Assembly (NCBI RefSeq): GCF_000015225.1
Contig: NC_008698.1
Location: forward strand, 1,290,001 to 1,322,000
DNA length: 32,000 bases
Source: Thermofilum pendens Hrk 5
GTDB lineage: Archaea; Thermoproteota; Thermoprotei; Thermofilales; Thermofilaceae
Reading direction: 5' to 3'
Shown in pieces: positions 23,028 to 30,554 of this stretch. The notes beneath the pieces are model-generated. The model did no database searches. It saw nothing but the letters and a program-made list of their open reading frames with translations, and was not told the origin of the DNA. A program made the translations under genes and the position numbers. Numbering within the stretch: position 1 is the first letter of the stretch; each line of letters begins with the position of its first letter.

Positions 23028-23086
23028 AGGCGGTGATGAGCAACACCTAGTCCGAAGTCATGAGGCGGGCGGGGAAGCTGAGCCGG
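23028..23086 (+). ncRNA. Candidate C/D-box sRNA
   Basis: The elements run in order: GTGATGA (C box, 23033-23039), a 12-nt guide (23040-23051), CCGA (degenerate D', 23052-23055), GTCATGA (degenerate C', 23057-23063), a 14-nt guide (23064-23077) and CTGA (D box, 23078-23081). Short complementary flanks (GGC/GCC) and an A/T-rich AAAAGCTAAT about 30 nt upstream are also present. The candidate lies in a 317-nt non-coding spacer. It was detected by eye only. Confidence 0.3.
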
Positions 23087-23240
23087 CTCCTCGCCTGCCG
23101 ATAGCCTTCTCCCCCGTGTTATCACTCGTCGCGGCGCTCGTGAAGGAGTAGCGGGGGAACGCGGGAAGAAGGTTCCCGCGTCGTCGAGCCGAGAGGCTGG
23201 AAGGCTTCCATCTGTGTTGTCAAGGTTCAGGGAAGCTATT

Positions 23241-23969
23241 CTACGTGTATATCTCTACCCCTAGGATTCTCGCGTCTTCGAGCGCCCTAGGGTCGACGTA
23301 GGGCGATACCATGATCAACCTCGGCTTGACTCTGTTCACCTTCTCGTATAACTCTCCGATCCTCCGGAAAACCGCTACGTCTCCTCTTGAAACGCTCGAC
23401 TTTACCTCGATCAGTATGTGCTCGCCGTCTTTCACGGCGACGTCTACCTCGACCATTGCCGGGTGCCCGTAGACCTCGCCTTCCCTATCGTAGTACATCC
23501 ACCTTTCAACCTTCCCGGCGCCGAGGATCCTCTCAATAACCCCCCTCATGCCCTCTCTGAAGGCGGACTCCGACGCTATACCCCATCTAGCGCCGAGCGC
23601 GTCTATCCTCCTCCTGAGCTCGTCGAAGCCTCTGTTGAAGTCCTCTCTCAGCCCCTTGAGCTCTGCCTCGATCGCCTCGAACCTCTTGTACGCCTCCTCC
23701 CACTTCCTGTTGTTCTCCTCCCATCTCTTATTGTTCTCTTCCCACCTCTTGCTATTCTCCTCCCACATTCTCCAGTTTTCTTCCCACCTTTTGCTGTTCT
23801 CTTCCCACCTTCTGTTCTCGAGCTCGACGAGCTTGTTGAAGTCCTCCCTCAGCTTCTTCAGCTCGCCCAGTACTGTGTCGAGGCCCAGGAGGCCGGCTAC
23901 GGCGAGCCTAAACTCCTCGTCCTCCCTGAGTAGGCGCAGGAGCTCGGCTTTAAGAGCTTGCACGGCCAA
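23241..23969 (-). CDS. Coiled-coil protein with a C-terminal PD-(D/E)xK-like domain (paralog of 4446-5411)
   Basis: 242-aa ORF with a TTG start and a TATA-like TTTTTAAG (plus strand 24001-24009) upstream. It has the same N-terminal box (LLRLLREDEEFRLAVAGLLGL) as 4446-5411. The stalk consists of WEEN heptads. The C-terminus reads GHPAMVEVDVAVKDGEHILIEVKSSVSRGDVAVF, a D...ExK pattern. Confidence 0.75.
   Translation of the reverse strand: MAVQALKAELLRLLREDEEFRLAVAGLLGLDTVLGELKKLREDFNKLVELENRRWEENSKRWEENWRMWEENSKRWEENNKRWEENNRKWEEAYKRFEAIEAELKGLREDFNRGFDELRRRIDALGARWGIASESAFREGMRGVIERILGAGKVERWMYYDREGEVYGHPAMVEVDVAVKDGEHILIEVKSSVSRGDVAVFRRIGELYEKVNRVKPRLIMVSPYVDPRALEDARILGVEIYT
23682..23807 (-). 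repeat. In-frame 21-bp tandem repeat encoding six WEENxxx heptads
   Basis: Residues 55-96 read WEENSKR WEENWRM WEENSKR WEENNKR WEENNRK WEEAYKR. On the plus strand this appears as a repeated ttctc(c/t)tcccac unit. Confidence 0.85.
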
Positions 23970-24087
23970 TGCTTAGCACCACGTCTAGTTCCCGTTGGGG
24001 CTTAAAAACGTAGCCAAGCCGTTTCCTCGCAACCGGCGAGAGGCGTTGCCGTTGAAGGCATTCGGCGAGGCTGGAGAAGTACGTCGC

Positions 24088-24957
24088 CTAGCCCTGCGCC
24101 CTTGCGTGTCCCCCGGGCTTCCGGGGCGCGGCGCGCAGGCGCCTCGGGGGGCCTAGCGGTGACATCTCGACGTGGCCGAAGCCTATGCTCCTCGACCTCC
24201 CTATGCCGAAGCGGAGCGCGAAGGCCATCAGCCTCCTGAAGTCCTCCGCGTACTCGGACTTCGTGTCTAGTAGCTCGTAGGCGACGAAGCCCACGAAGCC
24301 CCTCTCGGTCGCGGGCTTCCCGTCCCTGACGGTGTAGAGCGCGGTGACGGGCCTAGCGTCGTAGTCGAGCTCGGCCAGCGCCCTGAGGGCCCACGCGTGT
24401 ATCCTGCCCGGAGTAGCCTTCGCCAGCCTGACGCCTCTCATCGCCGCGTCGTAGGCTAGGTGCGCCAGTGCGAGCGGGAGGTCCGGGACGAGCCTGTACC
24501 TCCTCCTCGGACCCCCGGCTTTGAGCAGCGACCCCCTGCCGGGGACGGGCACGAGGGTTGGGGTCAGGAAGCGCAGGGCGAACTTCTCGGGGACATCCTC
24601 CCTCAGCGCCGAAGCCTCGAAGACCTCGACCTCGGCTACCCTAGCCCTCATCTCCGCCGCCCCGAACACGAAGACAGCCTCCTGCCTCGGCAACCCGGGG
24701 GCGCCGTCCCAGAGCATCGAGACCCTCGCCCTCAGGACCTCCCCCTCCCTCGCGAGCAGCGGCGCCTCCTCCCCGGCGAGCTTGTACAGCGGCCTATCCC
24801 CCCTGAAGAGCACGGAGAAGGAGGCCCTCCTACCCATGGTCTCCGGATCTAGCCCCCAGAGAGCCGCGAAGGCTGTCCTCGTCACCTTGCTCGTAAACGG
24901 GGGTAGCAGGGCGTCCCTCAAAGGCACGATCTCCAAGCGGGCGGTAAAGACGTACAC
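24088..24957 (-). CDS. cas6: Cas6 endoribonuclease
   Basis: 289-aa ORF with a GTG start; a TATA-like TCTTATAG (plus strand 24979-24986) lies about 25 nt upstream. The C-terminal glycine-rich loop FGIGRSRSIGFGHVE fits the GxGxxxxxGxG pattern of Cas6. It lies divergently next to the CRISPR leader. Confidence 0.7.
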   Translation of the reverse strand: MYVFTARLEIVPLRDALLPPFTSKVTRTAFAALWGLDPETMGRRASFSVLFRGDRPLYKLAGEEAPLLAREGEVLRARVSMLWDGAPGLPRQEAVFVFGAAEMRARVAEVEVFEASALREDVPEKFALRFLTPTLVPVPGRGSLLKAGGPRRRYRLVPDLPLALAHLAYDAAMRGVRLAKATPGRIHAWALRALAELDYDARPVTALYTVRDGKPATERGFVGFVAYELLDTKSEYAEDFRRLMAFALRFGIGRSRSIGFGHVEMSPLGPPRRLRAAPRKPGGHARAQG

Positions 24958-25222
24958 GTAGGAGAAAGTGGCGAGCCCCTATAAGAGCATACCGCCGTAA
25001 ATTCCCGGCAGAGGTCGGGATTTCGATTTTCTGTTTACGAATCCCACTCGACGGGAAGAATCCCTGTTGAAAATACTTCCCACAAATTCCCGATCTCTGT
25101 GGGGAATTTCCCGTGCCTGTTTTCGAAGCCTCCCATGGGTAAACTTTGTCAAAGAGGCAGTTTTGCAGGCTTCGACTCACTGAGAAAAGAATTTATAGAC
25201 CCTCTGCCGTGAAAAGTGGTCG
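24958..25222 (+). promoter_or_regulatory. CRISPR leader with promoter (TTTATA at 25192-25197), shared with the divergent cas6 promoter
   Basis: A 265-nt AT-rich spacer. TTTATA lies 26 nt before the first repeat and is preceded by an A-rich BRE-like GAGAAAAGAA. Orientation is supported by the repeat 3' end ATTGAAAG and by the degenerate repeat lying at the far end of the array. Confidence 0.6.
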
Positions 25223-25592
25223 GAAGCAACTGTGAAAGCATTGAAAGAGAAGCTTAGGTTCTACATTCTCGTCGCGCGCGTGAGAGATGGAAAGAAGCAA
25301 CTGTGAAAGCATTGAAAGGACGCCGAGGCGAGCCGCCTCAGGGCGTCGTTCGTGCCGAAGCAACTGTGAAAGCATTGAAAGGACAGGGAGTTGCCGCTCA
25401 CGCGCAACCCGCGCTCCGCGAGCGCCGCGAAGCAACTGTGAAAGCATTGAAAGGGGGCGTCACGGCTTACACCCCGCGTATCCTTTCGAGGAGAAGCAAC
25501 TGTGAAAGCATTGAAAGTTTCGTAGTCCGCACAGTGGCCATGTGAATTCTCTTGATAATTCCATGCAGAAGCAACTGTGAAAGCATTGAAAA
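25223..25592 (+). CRISPR. CRISPR array: 6 repeats of GAAGCAACTGTGAAAGCATTGAAAG (25 bp), 5 spacers
   Basis: Repeats start at 25223, 25294, 25357, 25429, 25493 and 25568. The first five are identical; the last ends in A instead of G. Spacer lengths are 46, 38, 47, 39 and 50 nt. The repeat 3' end ATTGAAAG matches the 8-nt crRNA 5' handle known from archaeal type I-A/III systems. Confidence 0.95.
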
Positions 25593-25698
25593 ATGAAAAT
25601 GAATCTGCCCTAGTCTATCCCCAAAAATACTACCAGCTGGCTTAAGCGAAGTGGCTGTAGAGAAAAATCATAAGGATATTCGTTTCTGCTAGGGATTC

Positions 25699-28458
25699 TT
25701 AGACCTTGGGTTGCGGGCTAGCCTCTCTAGGCTTTCTCGCGGCGAGGGCTAGGAAGTCGAAGAGCGGCTTGAGGGCTGCCAGCTTTCTCACGACTTCGTT
25801 GCTCGGGTCCTTGGGCCCGGGGAGCCTTACTCCGTGCTCGCCGAGGAGCTCGGAGAGCTTCTCGAAGTCCTTTCCGCGCCTAGCCTCGAGGTAGCGGTAG
25901 TGTACGACAACCCTCGCGACTCTGAGCGGGCTTTTGCCTAGAGCCTCCTCCGCCTCTTCGGCTTCGTGGGCCAGCTCGGCGAGGGCGTAGACTAGGGGCT
26001 TGAGGCTCTCGAACTCCCCGGCTTCCTCTCCGAGGGCCGCTCCGACTACCGCGGCTAGCCTCGCGAGGTCCAGCTCGCCGCCCGACATTGGTATGGGCTT
26101 CCTGCAGATACCGCTCACGGCGAGGGAGCCGCCGGGCTGGCTCCGCCTCTTCGCCTCCCTCTCGGCGGCTCTCGCCGCGTCGTAGACGTGGAGCACGGGG
26201 TCCTTCCTGTCTGCTACGGCCATCCCGCTGCTCGCGGCGAGGGGGTTGAGGAGCCCTTCGAGGACCTCCCTCCTCACGATGTCGAGTATCCTGAGCACGT
26301 CGTGCCACTCGCCGTAGACCGCTAGGTCGTCTCCCGCGGCGTAGAGGAGGATCCCCCTTCCCCCCTCCCTCTTCTTCGCGTCTGCTAGGACGGCCGAGTA
26401 CGCCTTTACGCCGAACCCCATTGAGAGGAAGTCGGAGACCGCGGAGAAGATAGCGGGGTAGGCGCCTAGGGACTTCGACACGTCCCCCATCTTGTCTGCG
26501 TCAAGGAGGGAGACGGCGATCACGCCCATGTCGTCCAGGTCCAGCAAGCGCACTTTCTCGGCGACGCGCCTTTCGCCTCCCATTATCGGCCGCGCCTCCT
26601 CCTCGGCCCTCACCGGGTGGTACGGGTTGGTGTAGTAGGGCGCGAATGAGAAGGCCACGGGCAACCCCCTGTAGTGCTCCGCGACGCCCGCCGAGGGTAT
26701 GAAGTCGCGCGGGGCGTTCACGACCCTCACCTCCACGTGGATCTTCTCGGCGAGCCCCGCAGCCCCTTTCACGTACCCCTTCATGACCCTGAGGAGGGTC
26801 TCCGCGGCCTTCAGGTTCTCCTCCGCCTTGGCGAGCTCCCGCCTCGTGTGCGCCACGAGGACGTGGATCGCCCCCGCCTCCGTGAAGGGTGCGAGCGCGA
26901 CGGCGAGGGGCTGGTCCCCTTCGAGGACGAAGTAGAGCCTTCTGCCCCGCTCCCTGAACACGGCGCCGAGCACGGCTTCCGCTGCCTCGCGGCAGGGCCT
27001 GCCGCCCTTGAAGAAGTAGAGCGAGACTACGGCCGCAAGGTTCCTCGCGGCGCTTCCGCAGGCCAGGCTGATGTGCGTGAGCCCTCCGAGCAGGTCCCCG
27101 TCGGAGAGCTTGTCGGGTGCTAGGCTCTCCGCGTAGTCCCTGGTGCTCCGCTCCACCCTGAGCTTGAGCCCGTCGCCCTTTAGGACGGGCTCCCTGGTCA
27201 GCGAGTCGAGGTCCTCGACGTCCTCGTTCCCGAGGGCCGCGAGCTCCGCCGCGAACCCGGAGAAGCGCGAGTCCTTCGAGAAGGCCACGGCGGTTGAGTA
27301 GCTCTCGGAGACGGCTACGAACGCGCCTCCAGGATTCGCGGCGTTGGCTGTCGGCGCGGGGTCGGAGCACGCCACCGTGAGCCACAGCGAGCCCTTGAAC
27401 TGCCTGGCCATCCACCTTCCCAGGATCTCCCTGAGCGCGTCGACCTTGTCCCTGAACGAGCCGGGTAGCACGAAGGTGGGGGCTCCGCCCTCCTTGCTGA
27501 GCTGGGCCGACCACGTCGCCCCGGCGAGCTCGAGCACGATCCTGGTCGCTGTGAACTGCACGAGCTCCACCAGTAGGCTTCTGCCCCTCAGCACCCTCGA
27601 GGCCGCGCTTTCCCTTACCGGCGCGTAGACGAAGTCCTGTATCCCGTTGACGTCCAGGCCTAGGAGGACGAACCCTTCTCCAGCGGACGCCAGGGCGGCG
27701 TGCAGCCTCGCCAGAGCCGGCAGGGGCACGGAGGGCAGGAGCGGGTGCGAGGGCACGAGCGCTAGGGTGCTCGAAACCACGCTTTCAAGCGTGTCGTCGA
27801 CGCCGTTGCACGAGCCGAGAGCCTCGTAGAACTCCGCCGCCCTCCCGAGCATGGAGAGTAGCGCCTCGGCGACCTCGCCGTAGTCGCTTCCTCTGACTGC
27901 CTCCTCGAAGGAGCGTAGCTTCAAGGCTTCGAGGATCTCCGTGAACTCCCGCGGGAGGGGTCTCGCCGCGAGCCACGACCTACTGCCCTTCGCCTCCCCG
28001 ACGTACCTCTTCAGCTCCTCCGGGTCTCCAAGGAGCCTCCTCGGAGCCTCCGCGTCGAGCTCGGCCCTGGAGCCGGACAGGAGCTCCCGGTAGCCCATTT
28101 TCTCGAGGATCCGGAGCGGGCTGAGTAGCGGCGCGTCCCAGGGGTCGGAGACGCCCGCCCAGACTTCCCGCACTCTCCCCGCGTACTCCTCCACGCCCGA
28201 GAAGGCGCCGGCGGACAGCGGGTCCACCCTCTCTATTAGGCTCAGGGCCTCCTCGGCCGTGCCTTGGAGGTCTCCGCGGAGCCCAGCCCTCCTCGCGAAC
28301 CACTCTGCAAGCTTAGCCCCGGCTGTCTTCGGGTCTGCGAGCTCCTTCTCGCTTCCGAGCTCCCTGCACCTCCACTTCTCCCTGCCCTCCGCCGCTCTCT
28401 TCGCGTGGCGCGAAAGCGCTAGCCCGGCCTCGTAGAGCAGTATCAGGCCTGGACGCAT
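25699..28458 (-). CDS. cas10: Cas10 (Csm1-like large subunit) lacking an HD domain
   Basis: ORF 25699-28527. ATG 28458 (MRPGLILLYEAG...) was chosen because the upstream 23 codons overlap csm5. The first palm/cyclase-like block is LLGLDVNGIQDFVY...LRGRS. The second palm motif is ILLYAAGDDLAVYGEW (AAGDD at 26326-26340, a GGDD variant). The ~270 aa N-terminal of the first palm contain only 3 His and no HD dipeptide. Confidence 0.85.
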   Translation of the reverse strand: MRPGLILLYEAGLALSRHAKRAAEGREKWRCRELGSEKELADPKTAGAKLAEWFARRAGLRGDLQGTAEEALSLIERVDPLSAGAFSGVEEYAGRVREVWAGVSDPWDAPLLSPLRILEKMGYRELLSGSRAELDAEAPRRLLGDPEELKRYVGEAKGSRSWLAARPLPREFTEILEALKLRSFEEAVRGSDYGEVAEALLSMLGRAAEFYEALGSCNGVDDTLESVVSSTLALVPSHPLLPSVPLPALARLHAALASAGEGFVLLGLDVNGIQDFVYAPVRESAASRVLRGRSLLVELVQFTATRIVLELAGATWSAQLSKEGGAPTFVLPGSFRDKVDALREILGRWMARQFKGSLWLTVACSDPAPTANAANPGGAFVAVSESYSTAVAFSKDSRFSGFAAELAALGNEDVEDLDSLTREPVLKGDGLKLRVERSTRDYAESLAPDKLSDGDLLGGLTHISLACGSAARNLAAVVSLYFFKGGRPCREAAEAVLGAVFRERGRRLYFVLEGDQPLAVALAPFTEAGAIHVLVAHTRRELAKAEENLKAAETLLRVMKGYVKGAAGLAEKIHVEVRVVNAPRDFIPSAGVAEHYRGLPVAFSFAPYYTNPYHPVRAEEEARPIMGGERRVAEKVRLLDLDDMGVIAVSLLDADKMGDVSKSLGAYPAIFSAVSDFLSMGFGVKAYSAVLADAKKREGGRGILLYAAGDDLAVYGEWHDVLRILDIVRREVLEGLLNPLAASSGMAVADRKDPVLHVYDAARAAEREAKRRSQPGGSLAVSGICRKPIPMSGGELDLARLAAVVGAALGEEAGEFESLKPLVYALAELAHEAEEAEEALGKSPLRVARVVVHYRYLEARRGKDFEKLSELLGEHGVRLPGPKDPSNEVVRKLAALKPLFDFLALAARKPREASPQPKV

Positions 28459-29558
28459 ACCTTGACCCACCCCGCGCCCAGGTAGGCGCCGCCCACGTCT
28501 ACCAGCTTGAACGTGAGCTCGTCCCACGTCCTGCCGAGCCTCCTGGACATCGCGTCGGCCACCTCCTTGTAGAGCTCAGGGTCGAGCCTTTTAACCAGGA
28601 GCGCGAGCGTCTTGCTTGCGTGGCCGGTGGCGAAGCCCAGCCTGGCGACGGCGCACCCGCCACCCCTAAGCCCCTCCAGCCTGCCGAGGTACGTGGCGAC
28701 GTCGTAGCCCGCCTTGGCGAGGCTTTCCCGCGCGCCCCTCAGCCTCTCCACCTCGTGCTCCAGGAGCGCTGAGCCGAACTCCTCGAGGGCCCGCGCAAGC
28801 TCCTCGGGGCTCGGGGAGGCGAGGAGCCCCGCGATAGCCTTGAGCTCGCCTTCGAGCCCGCCGGCGCTCGCGAGGTTGACGGGCGGCGGCTCCGGGAACA
28901 GTACCTCGTACTCCAACGAGCCCCCCTCCAGGACCTCCACTACGAGCTCTCCGACAGCCTTCCCGGAGGCCTCCACCACGCTGAGCTTACTCAGCGAGCT
29001 CGCGCACCCCGAGGCCCTCGGCTCCGACACGACGACCGACTGCATGGCGTCGGCGTACCCTCCCTGCCTCCTCAGCCTGGGCACCCTGAGCAAAGCGTTC
29101 TCCAAGGCCTCCCCGGCGCGCCTCGGGTCGCCCCTAGTGTTCACGGTGCCCCTCAGGAGCTTGGCCGCCTCCTCGGATCCGCGCTCCTCCGCCACCCTCC
29201 TCAGCAACCGGAACAAGAGCGCGGTCCTCAGGTAGCCCTTGAGCGACGACGCGGGAACGAGGGTCGGCGGTAGCAGCCTCACGGCGTCCCCCACCCTCGG
29301 CTGAGCCCTCATGCCGACCCGCCTGGAGCACGGCAACGCCCCCTCCCTGACCCAGCGCGCAACCCTCTCGGCGAACTCAGCGAGCCCGGCCGGCGGCTCT
29401 CCTCTCAGCGCGTCGGGCCTCAGCCTCTCGAAGTCGGCTACGCACGCCTGCCCGTCCACCGCGACAACGTCCAAGCCGTACACCCTCTCGTACCCGTCCC
29501 AGACGTGGACGGGGGTCACGACCTCTACCTTGAGGGTGAGCCTCCTCATGCTAGGCAC
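28443..29558 (-). CDS. csm5: Csm5-like RAMP subunit
   Basis: 371-aa ORF with a GTG start. LTLKVEVVTPVHVWDG (RAMP beta1), VPASSLKGYLRTALLF and the C-terminal ARLGFATGHASKT glycine loop fit the Csm5 pattern. Confidence 0.65.
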   Translation of the reverse strand: MPSMRRLTLKVEVVTPVHVWDGYERVYGLDVVAVDGQACVADFERLRPDALRGEPPAGLAEFAERVARWVREGALPCSRRVGMRAQPRVGDAVRLLPPTLVPASSLKGYLRTALLFRLLRRVAEERGSEEAAKLLRGTVNTRGDPRRAGEALENALLRVPRLRRQGGYADAMQSVVVSEPRASGCASSLSKLSVVEASGKAVGELVVEVLEGGSLEYEVLFPEPPPVNLASAGGLEGELKAIAGLLASPSPEELARALEEFGSALLEHEVERLRGARESLAKAGYDVATYLGRLEGLRGGGCAVARLGFATGHASKTLALLVKRLDPELYKEVADAMSRRLGRTWDELTFKLVDVGGAYLGAGWVKVCVQA

Positions 29559-30549
29559 CCTGCACGAGGAGCGGGTTGAACACGAATGTCGAGGGGACGT
29601 CCTCGCTACCCACCTCCACGCGCTCGTACTTCCGCTTAGCCACGTAGAGCGAGGCGCCAGCCCTTGACGCCGCGATGGGCCTGGCGAGGCGCTGGGCGTA
29701 GGGAGGCCCCACGTAGCCCGTGATCACCGATAGCTCGAAGAAGCTCCGCCTCCAGTCCACGGCGTCCGACGAGAGCGGCACTTCTCCGAGCGACACGGCG
29801 TACCTCCCCGTAGAGGCCCGCGGGAGGGGGGCGACGCCCCGGCTCTCTCCGAGGTCGATCTTCCTGGCCGTGAACCTGCCCAGCCCCCTGCTCCTCAACC
29901 CCCCGAGCCCGAGCTCCCCGAGTAGCTTGAGGGCTCTCTCAACGTCGAGGCCTTCGTGCTCGACCAGCAAGACCATCGGGCCCCTGGGCTTAGCGTACGT
30001 TACGAGGAAGGGGTTGGCGGACGACGTGAGCCTATCGATGGCGTTCCTGTGCTCGGCGGCAAGCCCCACGTCGGTCGGGGTAGCCCCCGCGACGGCGGCT
30101 TCTTCTCCATCGTCGACGAGCACGGCGTCACCCCCCTTGAGGACGACGACCTTCAGCCTCTTCGAGAGCTCTCCTACGAGCTCCGCGCAGGGAGCCACGC
30201 CGCACCCAGCGGTGTCTAGGGCCTCTGCCAGCCTCCTCGCGCCGCCCAGGGTGGCGTACAGCCTAACCTTCCTGCCGAGCCCCGCGGACTTCGACAGCGA
30301 GGCGTGCACCACGCCCTGGGGTGCGAGAGGCACCAGCGGCACGAGCCTGCCCCCGTCGTGGAGAGCCGGAAGAATAGCGGAGGCCGCAACCCGCCCCTCC
30401 AGCACTGCGCGTAGCAAGCCGGTATCCCCCGTCATAGACGCTACGCTCGCGAGGGCACGGAGCACGGCTGCGGCTGGGACTACGCGCTCCGGCCTGCGGT
30501 ACCCGACCCTGAACCCCTTCTCAAAGTCCACCCTGAACGCTTCGAGCAT
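29551..30549 (-). CDS. csm4: Csm4-like (Cas5-family) subunit
   Basis: 332-aa ORF with ATG start. AEHRNAIDRLTSSANPF... and the glycine-rich loop LGELGLGGLRSRGLGRF are typical of Csm4 (Cmr3 is related). It overlaps csm5 by 8 nt. Confidence 0.7.
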   Translation of the reverse strand: MLEAFRVDFEKGFRVGYRRPERVVPAAAVLRALASVASMTGDTGLLRAVLEGRVAASAILPALHDGGRLVPLVPLAPQGVVHASLSKSAGLGRKVRLYATLGGARRLAEALDTAGCGVAPCAELVGELSKRLKVVVLKGGDAVLVDDGEEAAVAGATPTDVGLAAEHRNAIDRLTSSANPFLVTYAKPRGPMVLLVEHEGLDVERALKLLGELGLGGLRSRGLGRFTARKIDLGESRGVAPLPRASTGRYAVSLGEVPLSSDAVDWRRSFFELSVITGYVGPPYAQRLARPIAASRAGASLYVAKRKYERVEVGSEDVPSTFVFNPLLVQGA

Positions 30550-30554
30550 GAAGT

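Noticed and set aside
23159-23181. 9-bp GC-rich hairpin (ACGCGGGAA-GAAGG-TTCCCGCGT) about 60 nt downstream of the 23241-23969 gene
   Set aside because: It could be a transcript 3' structure, but no T-tract is adjacent (archaeal terminators are usually oligo-T). No further support was found, so it is left as an observation only.
25193-25545. Three small ORFs (84, 72 and 80 aa) spanning the CRISPR array
   Set aside because: Their periodic peptide repeats (SNCESIER, ATVKALKG, LSMLSQLL) are just translations of the CRISPR repeat.
26501-27514. 337-aa alternative-frame minus-strand ORF within cas10
   Set aside because: The translation is an Arg/Gly/Pro-rich frame-shifted reading of the Cas10 gene. 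The Cas10 frame carries the palm motifs.
28459-28527. N-terminal extensions of cas10 (to 28527), cas8a (to 20257), cas3'' (to 17571) and csa5 (to 22256) as given by the ORF track
   Set aside because: The extensions overlap the preceding gene or run through an AT-rich promoter and are Arg/Gly-rich. Internal starts placed at or near the upstream stop codon give proteins of the expected size.
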